Shown here: one piece after another, positions 25,564 to 35,465 of the stretch
Numbering within the stretch: position 1 is the stretch's first letter
How the letters are laid out: the number at the start of each line of letters is the position of its first letter
IMG/VR virus record: IMGVR_UViG_3300020045_007770
Span: 1 to 43,214 of that record
Length of the DNA stretch: 43,214 nucleotides
Strand: one strand, 5' to 3'
From: a virus
Taxonomy: Duplodnaviria > Caudoviricetes
Notes under the pieces: model-generated
Databases searched by the model: none
The model's input: the letters and a program-made list of their open reading frames with translations, nothing else
Told to the model about the DNA's origin: nothing
Made by a program: the position numbers and the translations under genes

Positions 25564-25579
25564 ATTACAAATTAGTAAT
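25564..25579. repeat. dispersed 16-bp palindrome copy 8 (reverse orientation)
   Basis: GTTAATCCCTCAT-ATTACAAATTAGTAAT-GCCCTCAAT; 29 bp identical to copy 7. Confidence 0.9.
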
Positions 25580-25587
25580 GCCCTCAA

Positions 25588-28056
25588 TCAACCCTCATCC
25601 CGCGATTTCCGACCGGTTACAGCATCAGTAACAGCAGCCGCGCCACCCCTTCCGCCGGTCGCAATCGCACCTGCCACAATCTTCCCAATCGTCTTTTTCT
25701 TTTCATCCGGTGGCACCCCGGACCGCAGCACCCGCTGCACATCCGCATCCAGCTTCTCCAGCACCTTTGGCGGCAGCATATGCGTTTCCTTCATCACTAC
25801 ATGCAACCGCTCGTTCCACAGTTTTTGAATTCCCTGTGGACTTTCCTGCGCCAGAATGTTCCGAACACTTCCTTCCAGTGCCTTCTGCCCGCCGGGACTT
25901 CCAGAAATGTACTTCGCCGCATACCGTAGCCCATTCACATCCGTGTCTGTCAACAGCTTTCGCACATCTGCAGGCGCAGCGCCACCGGCAATCACAGATT
26001 TGGCTTGCTTTTCCGCTGACTCTTTCAGTGCCGCGGCAGCCTTCGTCCCATCCGCAATGGCTACACCCCTTGCCTTTGCTGATTCCTCAGCCATCTTACC
26101 AGCCGAATCATAGGCCCGAGCCATAACCTTTTCTTGCTCGCCCTTGAGCCCTCCGAGCATCTTCCCTTTTGCATCCTGCACTGCCTTAACTCGGCCTTGC
26201 GCTGACGCCTCGTACTTCTCAATCCGCTCAAGTTCCGTCGCATATGCCTTCACTTTCTGCTGCAGACCGGGAACCTCCCGCATCCAGTCCGTTTGCTGCG
26301 GATTCGAGGCCCAATCCTGGACCTGTTTGGCATTCCGGCCGGCCAATTGCCGAGCCGTATACGATTCCGCCGCCTGATGCACCAACCCCGGCTCGCCTGT
26401 CAGCTCCAGCAAATCCTTGACCCCCTGCTGTGACTTGAAATAAGCCCCCGGAATTGCCGCAGGATCCTTCGAAAACACCTCCGGGTCCACACGGTCAACC
26501 GCCGTGAGCTTCTTTCCTGTCGCTGTTTCAAACTTCGTCAGCGATCCACTGCCTTCCCGATACACCCCCTGCAGCCGTGATTGCAGATCGCCACCGACAT
26601 AATCCTTTTGAATCTTCGAAATCTTGTGGTAAAGGTCATTCGCAATCCCTTTCCCCAAAGCTTCATAACCTTCCGCCTCACCCTTTGCCACCTGCCCAAG
26701 CTTCCGACGCACGTGATCCAGGGCATCAAATGATGTCTTGAAGGTCTCATATGTCGGATTGCCATCGGCATTGACACCAGTCTGTACGCGGCGATTGGCT
26801 ACGGCGTCATAGACCTTCTGATACGCCCCAACAACTCCAGACTCCGTGGCTTCAGCCTTCCCTTGTGCCGCAGCTCTCCCGGACTTGGTGTTTAAGAGCT
26901 TCCGTGACAGCTCTTCCTTCAGCTCCTTCATCGCCGGCTCTTGGTCCACGAACTTCCCGGAGGCTTCCTTTTGCTGCACCACGGCATCACGCTGCGTCTT
27001 CAGTGCCTGAAATTGCTGATCGCGTGCCTGCAGTGCGGCGTTTTGTTCCGCAGTGACCTTTCCGCGAATGCTTTTGCCGATGTCAGAGACTTCCTGCGGC
27101 TGCCCGATCTTGTGCAATGCGCCTTCGGCTTGCTTGCTCACACGCTCGGCGCGTTCGAGTTGCCCTGCAGTAGCCTTATCCAGCACAGCCGCGCGCACGG
27201 CAGCCTGATTCCGAAGAGCTTCAGCCTTTTGCTTTGCCTCAGTGATCAATTGCTCCGCCGCTTTCCCATCCGTAGCCGCGATTTTTGCCGCCTGCGCATG
27301 CGCATCCGACAGCACTTTCCCGGCAGCCATGTCTGCAGCTTTAATATCCGCATCAACCCCCTGCTTCAGGGCCACATGCAAATCCAATTGTGGAGCTGTC
27401 GACAGCGCATCCGATGACAGCTTGCCTTTTGCCTGCGCAATAGCTGCTGCCGTCGCCTTGCCTTCTTGCCCAGCCAGAGCCTGCACCGCACCCCAGGCAG
27501 TCTTCGCGGCCTTGGGCACAAACGGTGCTATGATAGCTTTCGCAACCGGGCCCACCAATGGCGACCCCAGACCGGCAGCAAATCGGACTTTGTTCGCTGT
27601 CTCTTCTGATCCACCAAGGGCTTCAGTTGCTTGCCCGGCAGTTTCCGAAACGGCACCACTGACCGCACCGGCCAAAGCCATTGCAGTCCGCTCGACGCGC
27701 ATCGCACGGCCGATGCCAAACACATACGGAGCGGCTGGCTGCAGGCCAGGAATAAACCCCATAGCCGCGCCAACACCAGAGACAATCTCAGGGCTTGCGG
27801 CGCCCAAGACAGCGCCAAGTCCCGTTGATGATGCGATAGCTTTAGCCCCTTCAACGCCAGGGATTGGCTGATGATCTTGCGTCGCACCAGGAATGGCTTC
27901 CACACCGGACACAGGCTTTGCCGCAGGCTCTTTGGCTTTCTGACTGCCGAGTTGCTGCTGCAGCTTCTGAAACGCCTGCTCTTTTGTGGAGCCCTCCGGA
28001 CCCGTGATGTCATAGGTCTTGCCTTCAGGGGAGGTGAAAGTAAAAGTAGGCATCAA
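25588..28056 (-). CDS. large internal virion / DNA ejection protein
   Basis: MPTFTFTSPEGKTYDITGPEG start; Ala/Lys/Gln-rich helices; third of three ejection-type genes after the tail genes. Confidence 0.72.
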   Translation of the reverse strand: MMPTFTFTSPEGKTYDITGPEGSTKEQAFQKLQQQLGSQKAKEPAAKPVSGVEAIPGATQDHQPIPGVEGAKAIASSTGLGAVLGAASPEIVSGVGAAMGFIPGLQPAAPYVFGIGRAMRVERTAMALAGAVSGAVSETAGQATEALGGSEETANKVRFAAGLGSPLVGPVAKAIIAPFVPKAAKTAWGAVQALAGQEGKATAAAIAQAKGKLSSDALSTAPQLDLHVALKQGVDADIKAADMAAGKVLSDAHAQAAKIAATDGKAAEQLITEAKQKAEALRNQAAVRAAVLDKATAGQLERAERVSKQAEGALHKIGQPQEVSDIGKSIRGKVTAEQNAALQARDQQFQALKTQRDAVVQQKEASGKFVDQEPAMKELKEELSRKLLNTKSGRAAAQGKAEATESGVVGAYQKVYDAVANRRVQTGVNADGNPTYETFKTSFDALDHVRRKLGQVAKGEAEGYEALGKGIANDLYHKISKIQKDYVGGDLQSRLQGVYREGSGSLTKFETATGKKLTAVDRVDPEVFSKDPAAIPGAYFKSQQGVKDLLELTGEPGLVHQAAESYTARQLAGRNAKQVQDWASNPQQTDWMREVPGLQQKVKAYATELERIEKYEASAQGRVKAVQDAKGKMLGGLKGEQEKVMARAYDSAGKMAEESAKARGVAIADGTKAAAALKESAEKQAKSVIAGGAAPADVRKLLTDTDVNGLRYAAKYISGSPGGQKALEGSVRNILAQESPQGIQKLWNERLHVVMKETHMLPPKVLEKLDADVQRVLRSGVPPDEKKKTIGKIVAGAIATGGRGGAAAVTDAVTGRKSRDEG

Positions 28057-29468
28057 TGTTCCTTGACAGACCAGCCATCACCAATGGATGTGCCACCGGA
28101 AGCCGCTGCGGCTGGAGTTTTTGCAGCAGCTGCAGCTGACATTGCGGCACCCATATCGGCATAGGTTTTCAGCATTGTTTTTGTATCAATGCCTTTCTTC
28201 CGGGCAGAGGCCAAAATCTCTTCCGGCTCGGGGTAGATTTCCAGCTTTTTCATCAGCTTTTCCTGCTGCGCACGGACCTTCGGGTCTGGGCTTTCCGGTA
28301 GGGTTTCCAGACGGTTTCGGACCAAAGAGGCCGCATTGGCGAGCTTGAACATCGACGTATACCCGGTATCGCCTGGGTAAACTTGGATCACGTTCTGCAA
28401 CTCGTTGATCTGCGATTGGGTGATGCCCCGGCCACCTCCAAGCGTCAGCATGCGGCCGATTTCCAGGCCCAAGCCGGCTGTAGCCGTTTGGTACATCTGG
28501 CTTTCTTCAGAAGTCACTCGGTTCGTGCCGACACGTTCCAGGGAAGAAATCACATCCTTACCGGTATGCACGCCGGCGAACACACCAGCCGATGCCGTCG
28601 CTGACATCTTGGCAATCAAATCCAGTCCACGCACCGCTTCTCCGGCGGAGCCTACAATGCCACTGACAATGGAGCGTTCGGCCTTGCCCATACCGCTGTC
28701 GGTGCCCGCCTTTGCGGCTCGCTCTTTGGCAGCATCTGCACGTTCCTTTGCAACCTCAAGCATTCCCTGCTGAAACATAGCCCGGTCACGTTGGGCCTCC
28801 CGACGATCGGCCTGTCGTTCCTGAAATTCCCTTTTCTTTTCTTCCAGGGCTTGCTCGTGCTCTTTAGCCTTCTCCGCCAACTGTGCGCGAGACTTCGAGT
28901 CCATGCCCGCTGTGGTTTGACTGGCTGCCCACGCACCAAACTTCGGATCAGACGTAAGCGGGATTTGGGCTATCGGCACACCAGCAGCCAACGCCGACTT
29001 GACAACAGCCTGCGCGGATTCTGGTGTGGGGTTGTACTTGAACTCAGTGGCAGTTGCAGCGAGTGTCTCCTTTGCTTGTTGCGTTTGAGTCATCTGTGCA
29101 GCCTGTTGCTGCTTCAGCTCAACCTGCTTTTGCGAGGACAGCTTTTCTGCAAGCGCCATGCCTTCAAAGTCACCGCGTGCGGCCGCATTCAGGGCGGCTT
29201 TGTCAGCGACCTTGATCACAGAGGCGATGTCAGAGGACTGTGCACCAAGCTCCCGCAGGCCGGACGACACGTCGGCTCCCAATTGCTGCCGATACTGTTG
29301 TTCCTTTTGCTGCGTTTGCATGAGCATCGTATTCATTTGCTCCTGCTGCTTTTTCAGTCGCAGGCCTTCTTCATGTTCAGCAATAGTAAGCTGCTGCTGT
29401 TTTACATCCAATCCAGACTGGAAGGTTCTCCCGGTATTTGCCAGCACATTTTCGAAAAATGAAGTCAT
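28053..29468 (-). CDS. internal virion / DNA ejection protein
   Basis: Gln/Ala-rich coiled coil; gene order. Confidence 0.7.
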   Translation of the reverse strand: MTSFFENVLANTGRTFQSGLDVKQQQLTIAEHEEGLRLKKQQEQMNTMLMQTQQKEQQYRQQLGADVSSGLRELGAQSSDIASVIKVADKAALNAAARGDFEGMALAEKLSSQKQVELKQQQAAQMTQTQQAKETLAATATEFKYNPTPESAQAVVKSALAAGVPIAQIPLTSDPKFGAWAASQTTAGMDSKSRAQLAEKAKEHEQALEEKKREFQERQADRREAQRDRAMFQQGMLEVAKERADAAKERAAKAGTDSGMGKAERSIVSGIVGSAGEAVRGLDLIAKMSATASAGVFAGVHTGKDVISSLERVGTNRVTSEESQMYQTATAGLGLEIGRMLTLGGGRGITQSQINELQNVIQVYPGDTGYTSMFKLANAASLVRNRLETLPESPDPKVRAQQEKLMKKLEIYPEPEEILASARKKGIDTKTMLKTYADMGAAMSAAAAAKTPAAAASGGTSIGDGWSVKEH

Positions 29469-29477
29469 GGGAGTTCC

Positions 29478-30026
29478 TTAGCTGCCAAAGAAGGTGTCTT
29501 CTTGCGTTTGGCCAAGTGAGTTGGCTGCTGTATTAAGGCCTGAGGTTATCAGATTGCCGATACTTCCGCCGAGTGCGCTGGCACCGGAAGCTTGGGAGGA
29601 AGCCTGATTAGCAAGTATCTGCGCGGAAGTGGCAGAAGAGCCGCTCGTAGCCCCCGAAAGTGTGGCGAGGTTGTTGAATTGCTGCTGATATGTCGTAGCG
29701 GCTAGTCCCTGCCCTTCCTTTTGTAGAGCCAGCAGCCTGTTGCCCGAATTGAGCATACCACTGGCGCCGGCTCCGGCATTGACAGAATTCATCCCTTGCT
29801 CTTGCAGGTACTTTGACTCTGCCGTATCCAGAACAGAATTCGGATTTGTGACCAGCTGTTGAAGCATAGGCTGGTACTGAGCACGTTGGGAAGCGAAGGG
29901 GTCGGCCGCTGTAGCTGCAGCTGTTGTGGCGTCGCTTGCGGAACTTCCCCCGAAGATGCTAGACACAGCACTGCCAGCTACGCTTCCCAGGACGCTTGTA
30001 CCCGCAGAGATAAGAGTTCCTGCCAT
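29478..30026 (-). CDS. small ejection/pilot protein
   Basis: Gly/Ser/Ala-rich with GMLNSGN.L.AL...GQGLA...Y motif of podovirus DNA-transfer proteins. Confidence 0.7.
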   Translation of the reverse strand: MAGTLISAGTSVLGSVAGSAVSSIFGGSSASDATTAAATAADPFASQRAQYQPMLQQLVTNPNSVLDTAESKYLQEQGMNSVNAGAGASGMLNSGNRLLALQKEGQGLAATTYQQQFNNLATLSGATSGSSATSAQILANQASSQASGASALGGSIGNLITSGLNTAANSLGQTQEDTFFGS

Positions 30027-30028
30027 AA

Positions 30029-30490
30029 TTACTCCAGATGTTTGACCGCTACAATTTCCAACGGTGTGTAGCCAAGTCGTTTCATGATAGGCGCAAGGGC
30101 CTTGTAGACTTTGTACGTGATATTGACACGCACAGCGCCGGACTCACGTGCGACCTGTTCCATGAACCGGAAGAGGCGCAGGGTATAGTGGGCGCGGTAT
30201 GGCTGGGAGATATAGAAAAGATCTGTGACGCATTGTAGCATGGTGCGGTAGTGCATATGCTCTGCCAAAACAGAGACGAAGTAGCCTTCGGGCTCGCCGT
30301 TGACAAAAAGAACCTGAATACGAAGGCGGTTGAGGGACTGCAGATGCTCATACACCGGCCAATTGAGGTCAACTTGGTAGTGCTTGTTGCTGCTGACTTC
30401 TTCCCAGTGGGCTTCTGCAAACTTCGGGGTCAGCACATCCCGGAGATAGGCAACATCACGGAGTTCGCAGGTAACGTGTAGCTCTGTCAT
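30029..30490 (-). CDS. GNAT-like acetyltransferase-fold protein
   Basis: GYFV...DLFYISQPYR...LFRFMEQVARESGA...MKRLGY. Confidence 0.7.
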   Translation of the reverse strand: MTELHVTCELRDVAYLRDVLTPKFAEAHWEEVSSNKHYQVDLNWPVYEHLQSLNRLRIQVLFVNGEPEGYFVSVLAEHMHYRTMLQCVTDLFYISQPYRAHYTLRLFRFMEQVARESGAVRVNITYKVYKALAPIMKRLGYTPLEIVAVKHLE

Positions 30491-30501
30491 AGATTGAGGG
30501 C

Positions 30502-30517
30502 ATTACTAATTTGTAAT
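30502..30517. repeat. dispersed 16-bp palindrome copy 9
   Basis: ATTGAGGGC-ATTACTAATTTGTAAT-ATGAGGGCTTTAC. Confidence 0.9.
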
Positions 30518-30539
30518 ATGAGGGCTTTACCCTCAAACA

Positions 30540-30854
30540 TCATACAGCCGATGATCCGACTACTAGATACACCACACCGCCAGCCAAGGCCCTCACGGCC
30601 GCGTGCTTTCTGGCATACAATGGGTAGGCAACTCCAGGATCGGCCATCACGGCAACGTCACCTTCGCAGGTCAGCTCCATAGCCCCGGACAGGAGGTACA
30701 CCATTTGATCTTCGGGTGAGGTCGGCAGCAGGCTTCCCTTTCCGGGCGCCAGTCGGACTTTGCTGTAAAGCACCCCACCAAAATGTGTCAGCAGTGACGG
30801 ATAATCCGCTTCTTTCGGAATGTACGCATCTTGAAAGCTTCCAGGAAATTCCAT
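30540..30854 (-). CDS. cupin-like small protein
   Basis: HFGGVLYSK...YLLSGAMEL...KHAAVRAL beta pattern; RBS AAGGA. Confidence 0.6.
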   Translation of the reverse strand: MEFPGSFQDAYIPKEADYPSLLTHFGGVLYSKVRLAPGKGSLLPTSPEDQMVYLLSGAMELTCEGDVAVMADPGVAYPLYARKHAAVRALAGGVVYLVVGSSAV

Positions 30855-30863
30855 GATCGTTCC

Positions 30864-32384
30864 TTAGAGTGAACCGAGACTGACCTCAACCTCTAGCTCA
30901 TAAAACCGCATTGGATAACCGCCAGTGTACCAGAGTTCCCACGCGCGTTCAACAGTACTTCCGCAACGGATAAGTTGCTTCTTGGAATTGGAAAGGGCAA
31001 CTGTCTGGTAGGCTGACCAGGTTTGGTAATCGTCATTGCTGTAGCGTAATTGTGCCGTTGCCGGAACAGTATCCGCCAGCAGATAGGTTGCCGCGATGAA
31101 CTTTGTCCGTTGATTCCCCCAATTGAAGGTATCGGTACGGATGCGGCAGTTGATCGCGGCACCATCATCGGTGCCTTGTGAAGGGGAAATCCCATATGCA
31201 ATCCCGCCGTTGAGGTTACAGAACAAATCCTGCCCACCAAAAGACACTTGGCTGACCAATTGCATGATGATTTCATTCCCGCCGGCAGGGTTTGTCGCTT
31301 GAGTCCAGATATTCCATTCGTTTCTGGTAGCATCATATACAAGAGTAATTGCACTATCCACGAGCGACAGTACATAAAAACTATGCCCTGCTACTCGAAT
31401 GCCCTGCGCATACACCTCCACCAAATCATCATCATTCAGCACACGTTCAACTTCTGGTGTGGACACCGGGACCAACTGCAGCCCACTGAGTACCTGAATC
31501 GTTCTCCCGGCAGTTCCGGACTGCCCCATGAAGTAAGTATTGTTTTCCAGTGTTACGATGCTTTGCCAAGTCGCGCAACCCACATTGTAGGAGCCGTTGG
31601 AAACTGGTAATAGTTTAATGCCGGTAGCCGTCCCGGCATCGTAATACAGGGTGAGGCATTTCTCCTGCCAAGCAGCTACATAATTCAGATGCCGGTACAG
31701 CCCCCGTCCGAGACCGAAGGAAGTATCACCTTGCACAAAAGCCAGCGCAGGCCATGTGAGCGGGTCTTGCAGGGCACTGCCATAAATCGTCCCATCCCAA
31801 GACATAACATAGTAAGTGCCATCAAGCTCCACTGCCCCCGGCGTGTAGCGATCAGGTGACAGGAAGGATTGCGCCGGGCCTGTCCAGGTCACTGTCGGAA
31901 TACCTGTGCCCGCGGGGGCTGCAACATAAAGCCCATATCGGGACACCAGCAAGGCACCGGTACCAGAACCACCAGCACCAGACACAGGAGCAGCTGAGCC
32001 TTGCAGAATGAAAAACCGTTGCTGCGGCAAGTCCACATCCCCACCGCTGTTATGCATGGGCAACGGGATTGGGGTAATCCCACCAGGAACGGTCAGGCCA
32101 ATAATATTGTCGTTCGCAAGAGCATACAGCCATTTTCCGATTTGGATTAGCCCTTGGCCTTTTGTTGTGGTATAAGTGATTGGGGAAGCCGCAGCCGTAT
32201 TTGTCATTGGGACATCATACGTATACTTCCCGTACAATCCAGGCCGTTTCACTGCAACAGCTTGTTGCCCATCTGTTTCATTGAAAACATTAACCGCTAG
32301 CGAATCCTGTGTCAAGTCCGCGCTGCGGCAATTGAACTTCACCGTCAGCGGAACTCGGATAATCCGATCATGTGCCTCAGCCAT
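30864..32384 (-). CDS. tail tubular / DNA stabilization protein (P22 gp10-like nozzle)
   Basis: KRPGL, LDGTY, VSTPEVERVL, GHSFYVL, TLVYD...W, LRYSND..TWS; position after the adaptor. Confidence 0.8.
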   Translation of the reverse strand: MAEAHDRIIRVPLTVKFNCRSADLTQDSLAVNVFNETDGQQAVAVKRPGLYGKYTYDVPMTNTAAASPITYTTTKGQGLIQIGKWLYALANDNIIGLTVPGGITPIPLPMHNSGGDVDLPQQRFFILQGSAAPVSGAGGSGTGALLVSRYGLYVAAPAGTGIPTVTWTGPAQSFLSPDRYTPGAVELDGTYYVMSWDGTIYGSALQDPLTWPALAFVQGDTSFGLGRGLYRHLNYVAAWQEKCLTLYYDAGTATGIKLLPVSNGSYNVGCATWQSIVTLENNTYFMGQSGTAGRTIQVLSGLQLVPVSTPEVERVLNDDDLVEVYAQGIRVAGHSFYVLSLVDSAITLVYDATRNEWNIWTQATNPAGGNEIIMQLVSQVSFGGQDLFCNLNGGIAYGISPSQGTDDGAAINCRIRTDTFNWGNQRTKFIAATYLLADTVPATAQLRYSNDDYQTWSAYQTVALSNSKKQLIRCGSTVERAWELWYTGGYPMRFYELEVEVSLGSL

Positions 32385-32386
32385 GG

Positions 32387-33085
32387 TTACATCTTCCGTT
32401 CCGAAGGGGTGAAGTACGTACTGGTTTCTTCCCGCTCGTCGGCAAAGAAGTCCTCATATGCGGCTTTGGCCCGGCGAGTGATGTCCTGGCGCGCGTCCAT
32501 CGGCACCAGATACTCCGGTGCGAGTTCATCGCACAGCATCCACTTGAGCAGGTGGTAGCCTTCCTGCGGAATGTCCAGGTCATCCGTCAGCAGATTGATG
32601 TCTTGCATCTGCCGCTGGATATCCACATACATTGTATGCGTACCGTCAGACGGGACATTGTAGACTGTGATGATGCCGCCGGAGAGCTGTGGGTCGTACC
32701 AGATTTGATTAGGAACCCCAGGAGCCGATTTTTGCCCCAGGGTGTTGTAGTCATCGCGGCTGGTAATTGACAGAGTAGTGTCATTACCGACAGAATCTCG
32801 AATGAATGCGAACAGAATCCGCGGCGGCAGTGTCATCCCCGCGGCAGTGCTGAGGTTGTAGGTAGCCTGAGCCGCCAGTAAAGGGATTGCGACTCGTTGC
32901 TTGCACCACAGCGGTTTCTGGTTCCGTGCCAGATTCTTGATGATGATGTTCAGTGCCTGCTGGCAGTTCGCCTTGTCATCTGCCGGGATTGCATCCGCCG
33001 CCCCAAACCTCCCCGTTGACCGCAGTGCCGCCGTGATGACGCTATCTGCAGTCATCATAAACGTATATGTTCCACTGGTGCTCAT
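32387..33085 (-). CDS. head-tail adaptor / tail tubular protein A
   Basis: TSGTYTF...ITAALR...ALN...GVPNQIWYD...LAPEY; gene order. Confidence 0.78.
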   Translation of the reverse strand: MSTSGTYTFMMTADSVITAALRSTGRFGAADAIPADDKANCQQALNIIIKNLARNQKPLWCKQRVAIPLLAAQATYNLSTAAGMTLPPRILFAFIRDSVGNDTTLSITSRDDYNTLGQKSAPGVPNQIWYDPQLSGGIITVYNVPSDGTHTMYVDIQRQMQDINLLTDDLDIPQEGYHLLKWMLCDELAPEYLVPMDARQDITRRAKAAYEDFFADEREETSTYFTPSERKM

Positions 33086-33105
33086 GCCGTATCCCTTCGC
33101 AATAC

Positions 33106-33128
33106 AAGAAAGGGGCCGAAGCCCCTTT
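33106..33128 (-). terminator. rho-independent terminator after the head genes
   Basis: Minus strand AAAGGGGC-TTCG-GCCCCTTTCTT. Confidence 0.7.
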
Positions 33129-33130
33129 GA

Positions 33131-33274
33131 TTATTTCTTTCCGCTAGCCCTCTTGGGGGTTTTGGAAGATTCCTTCGCCAGCCCCGAGTTCATGAGCTGC
33201 CCCATGCGCCTGAGGTCAGCGTGAACGCGCTTCGGAGGCTGCGGTGCCGGTGGTGTTTTGAGTTTCGTAGCCAT
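33131..33274 (-). CDS. 47-aa basic peptide (MATKLKTPPAP...KRASGKK)
   Basis: Hand translation; follows the 33276 stop and precedes a terminator. Confidence 0.55.
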   Translation of the reverse strand: MATKLKTPPAPQPPKRVHADLRRMGQLMNSGLAKESSKTPKRASGKK

Positions 33275-33275
33275 T

Positions 33276-33662
33276 CTACAAGCCTTTCTTCAAAAGCTCA
33301 AGGATGAGAGTGAAAACTTGAATGCCGGAGGACCAGCCAGTGGTTTTAACATTGATCGCACCTGTCGGAGCGGCTGCGTTGTTGACCAGCCCGCCGAAAT
33401 CAACAAATGACATGCGACCGCGACCAGCCAAAGGCATGATCAATGTCGAAGGGGAGCCTGCCCACAGCAATTGCAGTTCCAGCTGATCGGAAATGCTGTA
33501 GTCAACATGCTCGATCACGAACAGTGGTGGTACGCGGAAGAAACTCGCCGGGACGACAATGGCAGTCTCGGCCAGATCTGACGTGTCCAAGATCGCGGTA
33601 GCCTTGACGACAGCATTGCGAGGGCCATCGACAAGGATCTGCGTGGTTAGTGAATTGGCCAT
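33276..33662 (-). CDS. virion structural protein
   Basis: QILVDGPRNAVVK motif; head module; RBS AAGGA. Confidence 0.7.
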   Translation of the reverse strand: MANSLTTQILVDGPRNAVVKATAILDTSDLAETAIVVPASFFRVPPLFVIEHVDYSISDQLELQLLWAGSPSTLIMPLAGRGRMSFVDFGGLVNNAAAPTGAINVKTTGWSSGIQVFTLILELLKKGL

Positions 33663-33677
33663 ACAGATCCTTGAAGG

Positions 33678-34418
33678 TTAGCGATGACGGACTGCAGTAA
33701 CATAATCCACTTGCATGGTCTTCGCGGCTGTGGCTGTGGTGCTGATGCCAAAAGACGGAGACATCGGGACTTGCGCCAAACCGGCATTGGGCACTCGGAT
33801 TTGCGCTCCGCGCTGCAGGGTCGTGGACTGAGCAGCGCCGCCGCCTGTGCCTGGGTTGAAAAAGGCTTCGATATTACCAAGATAGTCAATATGAATGCCA
33901 ATTTCAAAATCCACGCCAGCAGTAATCACAGCCGTCGAGGGGAAGGCGGTGATGGTAATGACCCCAGCAACGTTGACATACAAGCTAGGCACTGCAGTGC
34001 CAGAATTCTTGTACACAACTACAGCATTATTAGCCGTCGGTGGAAATGCATTGACAATGGATAGGCCGCAGTGAAATCGTGTGGTAACCGTGTCGGAGAT
34101 CTGGCCGGAGAACTTGAAGAACGTGTCTTCATTGATCAATGGGGCGAAGGTCGCCTGCGTCAGCTGGTGGTAGACGGCATCGGCGGAGGCGGCAGTTGTT
34201 GTGACAAGCAAGCGGCCGCCGTCGCCGGCGGTCAGTGCCGCCGTACCAGTACCGACAAGAGTGACTGTCCAGTCACTCGCCAGATACGTGTCAAAGTCGT
34301 TATGATACACATGCGCCCAGGTCGGGTCCGGGATGCCCGCCGCTGCCATCGTCTGCCACGGCGCGGCATTGGTCAGCCCCATTGGCATGCGCGTGGTCGG
34401 GGTATTGTCGTAAGCCAT
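33678..34418 (-). CDS. virion structural protein (beta-rich, possible head decoration)
   Basis: YHNDFD...W...GDGG.L...VDYV; downstream of the major capsid gene. Confidence 0.7.
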   Translation of the reverse strand: MAYDNTPTTRMPMGLTNAAPWQTMAAAGIPDPTWAHVYHNDFDTYLASDWTVTLVGTGTAALTAGDGGRLLVTTTAASADAVYHQLTQATFAPLINEDTFFKFSGQISDTVTTRFHCGLSIVNAFPPTANNAVVVYKNSGTAVPSLYVNVAGVITITAFPSTAVITAGVDFEIGIHIDYLGNIEAFFNPGTGGGAAQSTTLQRGAQIRVPNAGLAQVPMSPSFGISTTATAAKTMQVDYVTAVRHR

Positions 34419-34461
34419 AGTATTCCTTCAGATACAAGGATATGTCCGGTTAATCCCTCGC

Positions 34462-34477
34462 ATTACTAATTTGTAAT
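34462..34477. repeat. dispersed 16-bp palindrome copy 10 (within 42-bp inverted repeat 34449-34490)
   Basis: GTTAATCCCTCGC-ATTACTAATTTGTAAT-ATGAGGGATTAAC. Confidence 0.9.
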
Positions 34478-34503
34478 ATGAGGGATTAACACTAGCCAAT
34501 CAA

Positions 34504-35418
34504 TCAGGCCGCATTCGAGCCGTACAGACCGCGCGGGTTGACCCACAGGAACACATACCGCTCATACGCCCCAACCTTGAAGTTGCGGGTATCTGCGTCG
34601 TTGTCTTCCCAGATGTCCAAGGCTTCGCGCTCTTGCCACACCATGCCGTCTTGAATCCCGGTGGTGATGAACCAGGGGCCGGTTGCAGTCAGGTACGGGC
34701 ACGACACCAGACCACCGGACAGCAACGTTTGTGCGTTGATGACATTGATGTCGTTGTTATTGGTGCCGACTTGCTGCGGAGTCTTCAGAATGCGGGTCGC
34801 ATTGAAGAAGTTGTACGGATGCACAACCAGCTTGTCACCCATCAGCGGCTCGATGTAGCCCTTGTCGTCCTTGGCCTGCATCATCAGGATGAGCATGTCT
34901 TCGACTGCAGCCTGCGACAATGCCGACGCCACCGACAGAGTGTTCTGCCATGTGCCGCCGCTGAAGTTCGGGTGGGCCACGTTCAGCAAGCTCACGCCAT
35001 CGGCGCCCGTGTAGGTGGCATTGAAGGCACGATTGTAGATGTTCACCGCATTGATGTTGCGGGTTTCATCGAATGCGCGGCGCAGCTTTTGCGTGCGGTT
35101 CTTGGTGAGCTTGACATACAGGTTGTCCTTCAGCTCTTCATGGGTCGTGATGATGCCCAAGCCATATGCGACATTGGTACCACGAGCCACGAAGCCTTGT
35201 TGCATGCCGTCATAGCTGATCGGCTGACCTTCCGGCTTCACAACTGCGATGCCAGGGCCGACGCTCTGCACGTATTCTTCGTAGTTCTTGGTGCTGGTCT
35301 CTTTCTTGAAGAGCATGTCAGCGAACTGCGGTGCGGAAGGGGCCGCACTGTCCCACCAAGCTTTGACGCCTTCCCATAGGGCCTTGGGATAGGAACCGGT
35401 ATTGACTGGACCTGCCAT
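34504..35418 (-). CDS. major capsid protein
   Basis: KPEGQPISYD...YGLG.I.T.E...DNLY...GADGVSL...HP...KLVV.P...PYLT...WF...ERY.F.W...RG.YGS; RBS AAGGAG. Confidence 0.88.
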   Translation of the reverse strand: MAGPVNTGSYPKALWEGVKAWWDSAAPSAPQFADMLFKKETSTKNYEEYVQSVGPGIAVVKPEGQPISYDGMQQGFVARGTNVAYGLGIITTHEELKDNLYVKLTKNRTQKLRRAFDETRNINAVNIYNRAFNATYTGADGVSLLNVAHPNFSGGTWQNTLSVASALSQAAVEDMLILMMQAKDDKGYIEPLMGDKLVVHPYNFFNATRILKTPQQVGTNNNDINVINAQTLLSGGLVSCPYLTATGPWFITTGIQDGMVWQEREALDIWEDNDADTRNFKVGAYERYVFLWVNPRGLYGSNAA

Positions 35419-35465
35419 AGCAGATTCTCCTTAAAGTAGGGTGAAGTTGTTGTCGTTGCCGAAAA

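Noticed and set aside
25342-25631. ORFs 25342..25548 (-) and 25362..25631 (+)
   Set aside because: Weak starts, no recognisable motifs, and the + ORF runs through a palindrome copy; treated as non-coding
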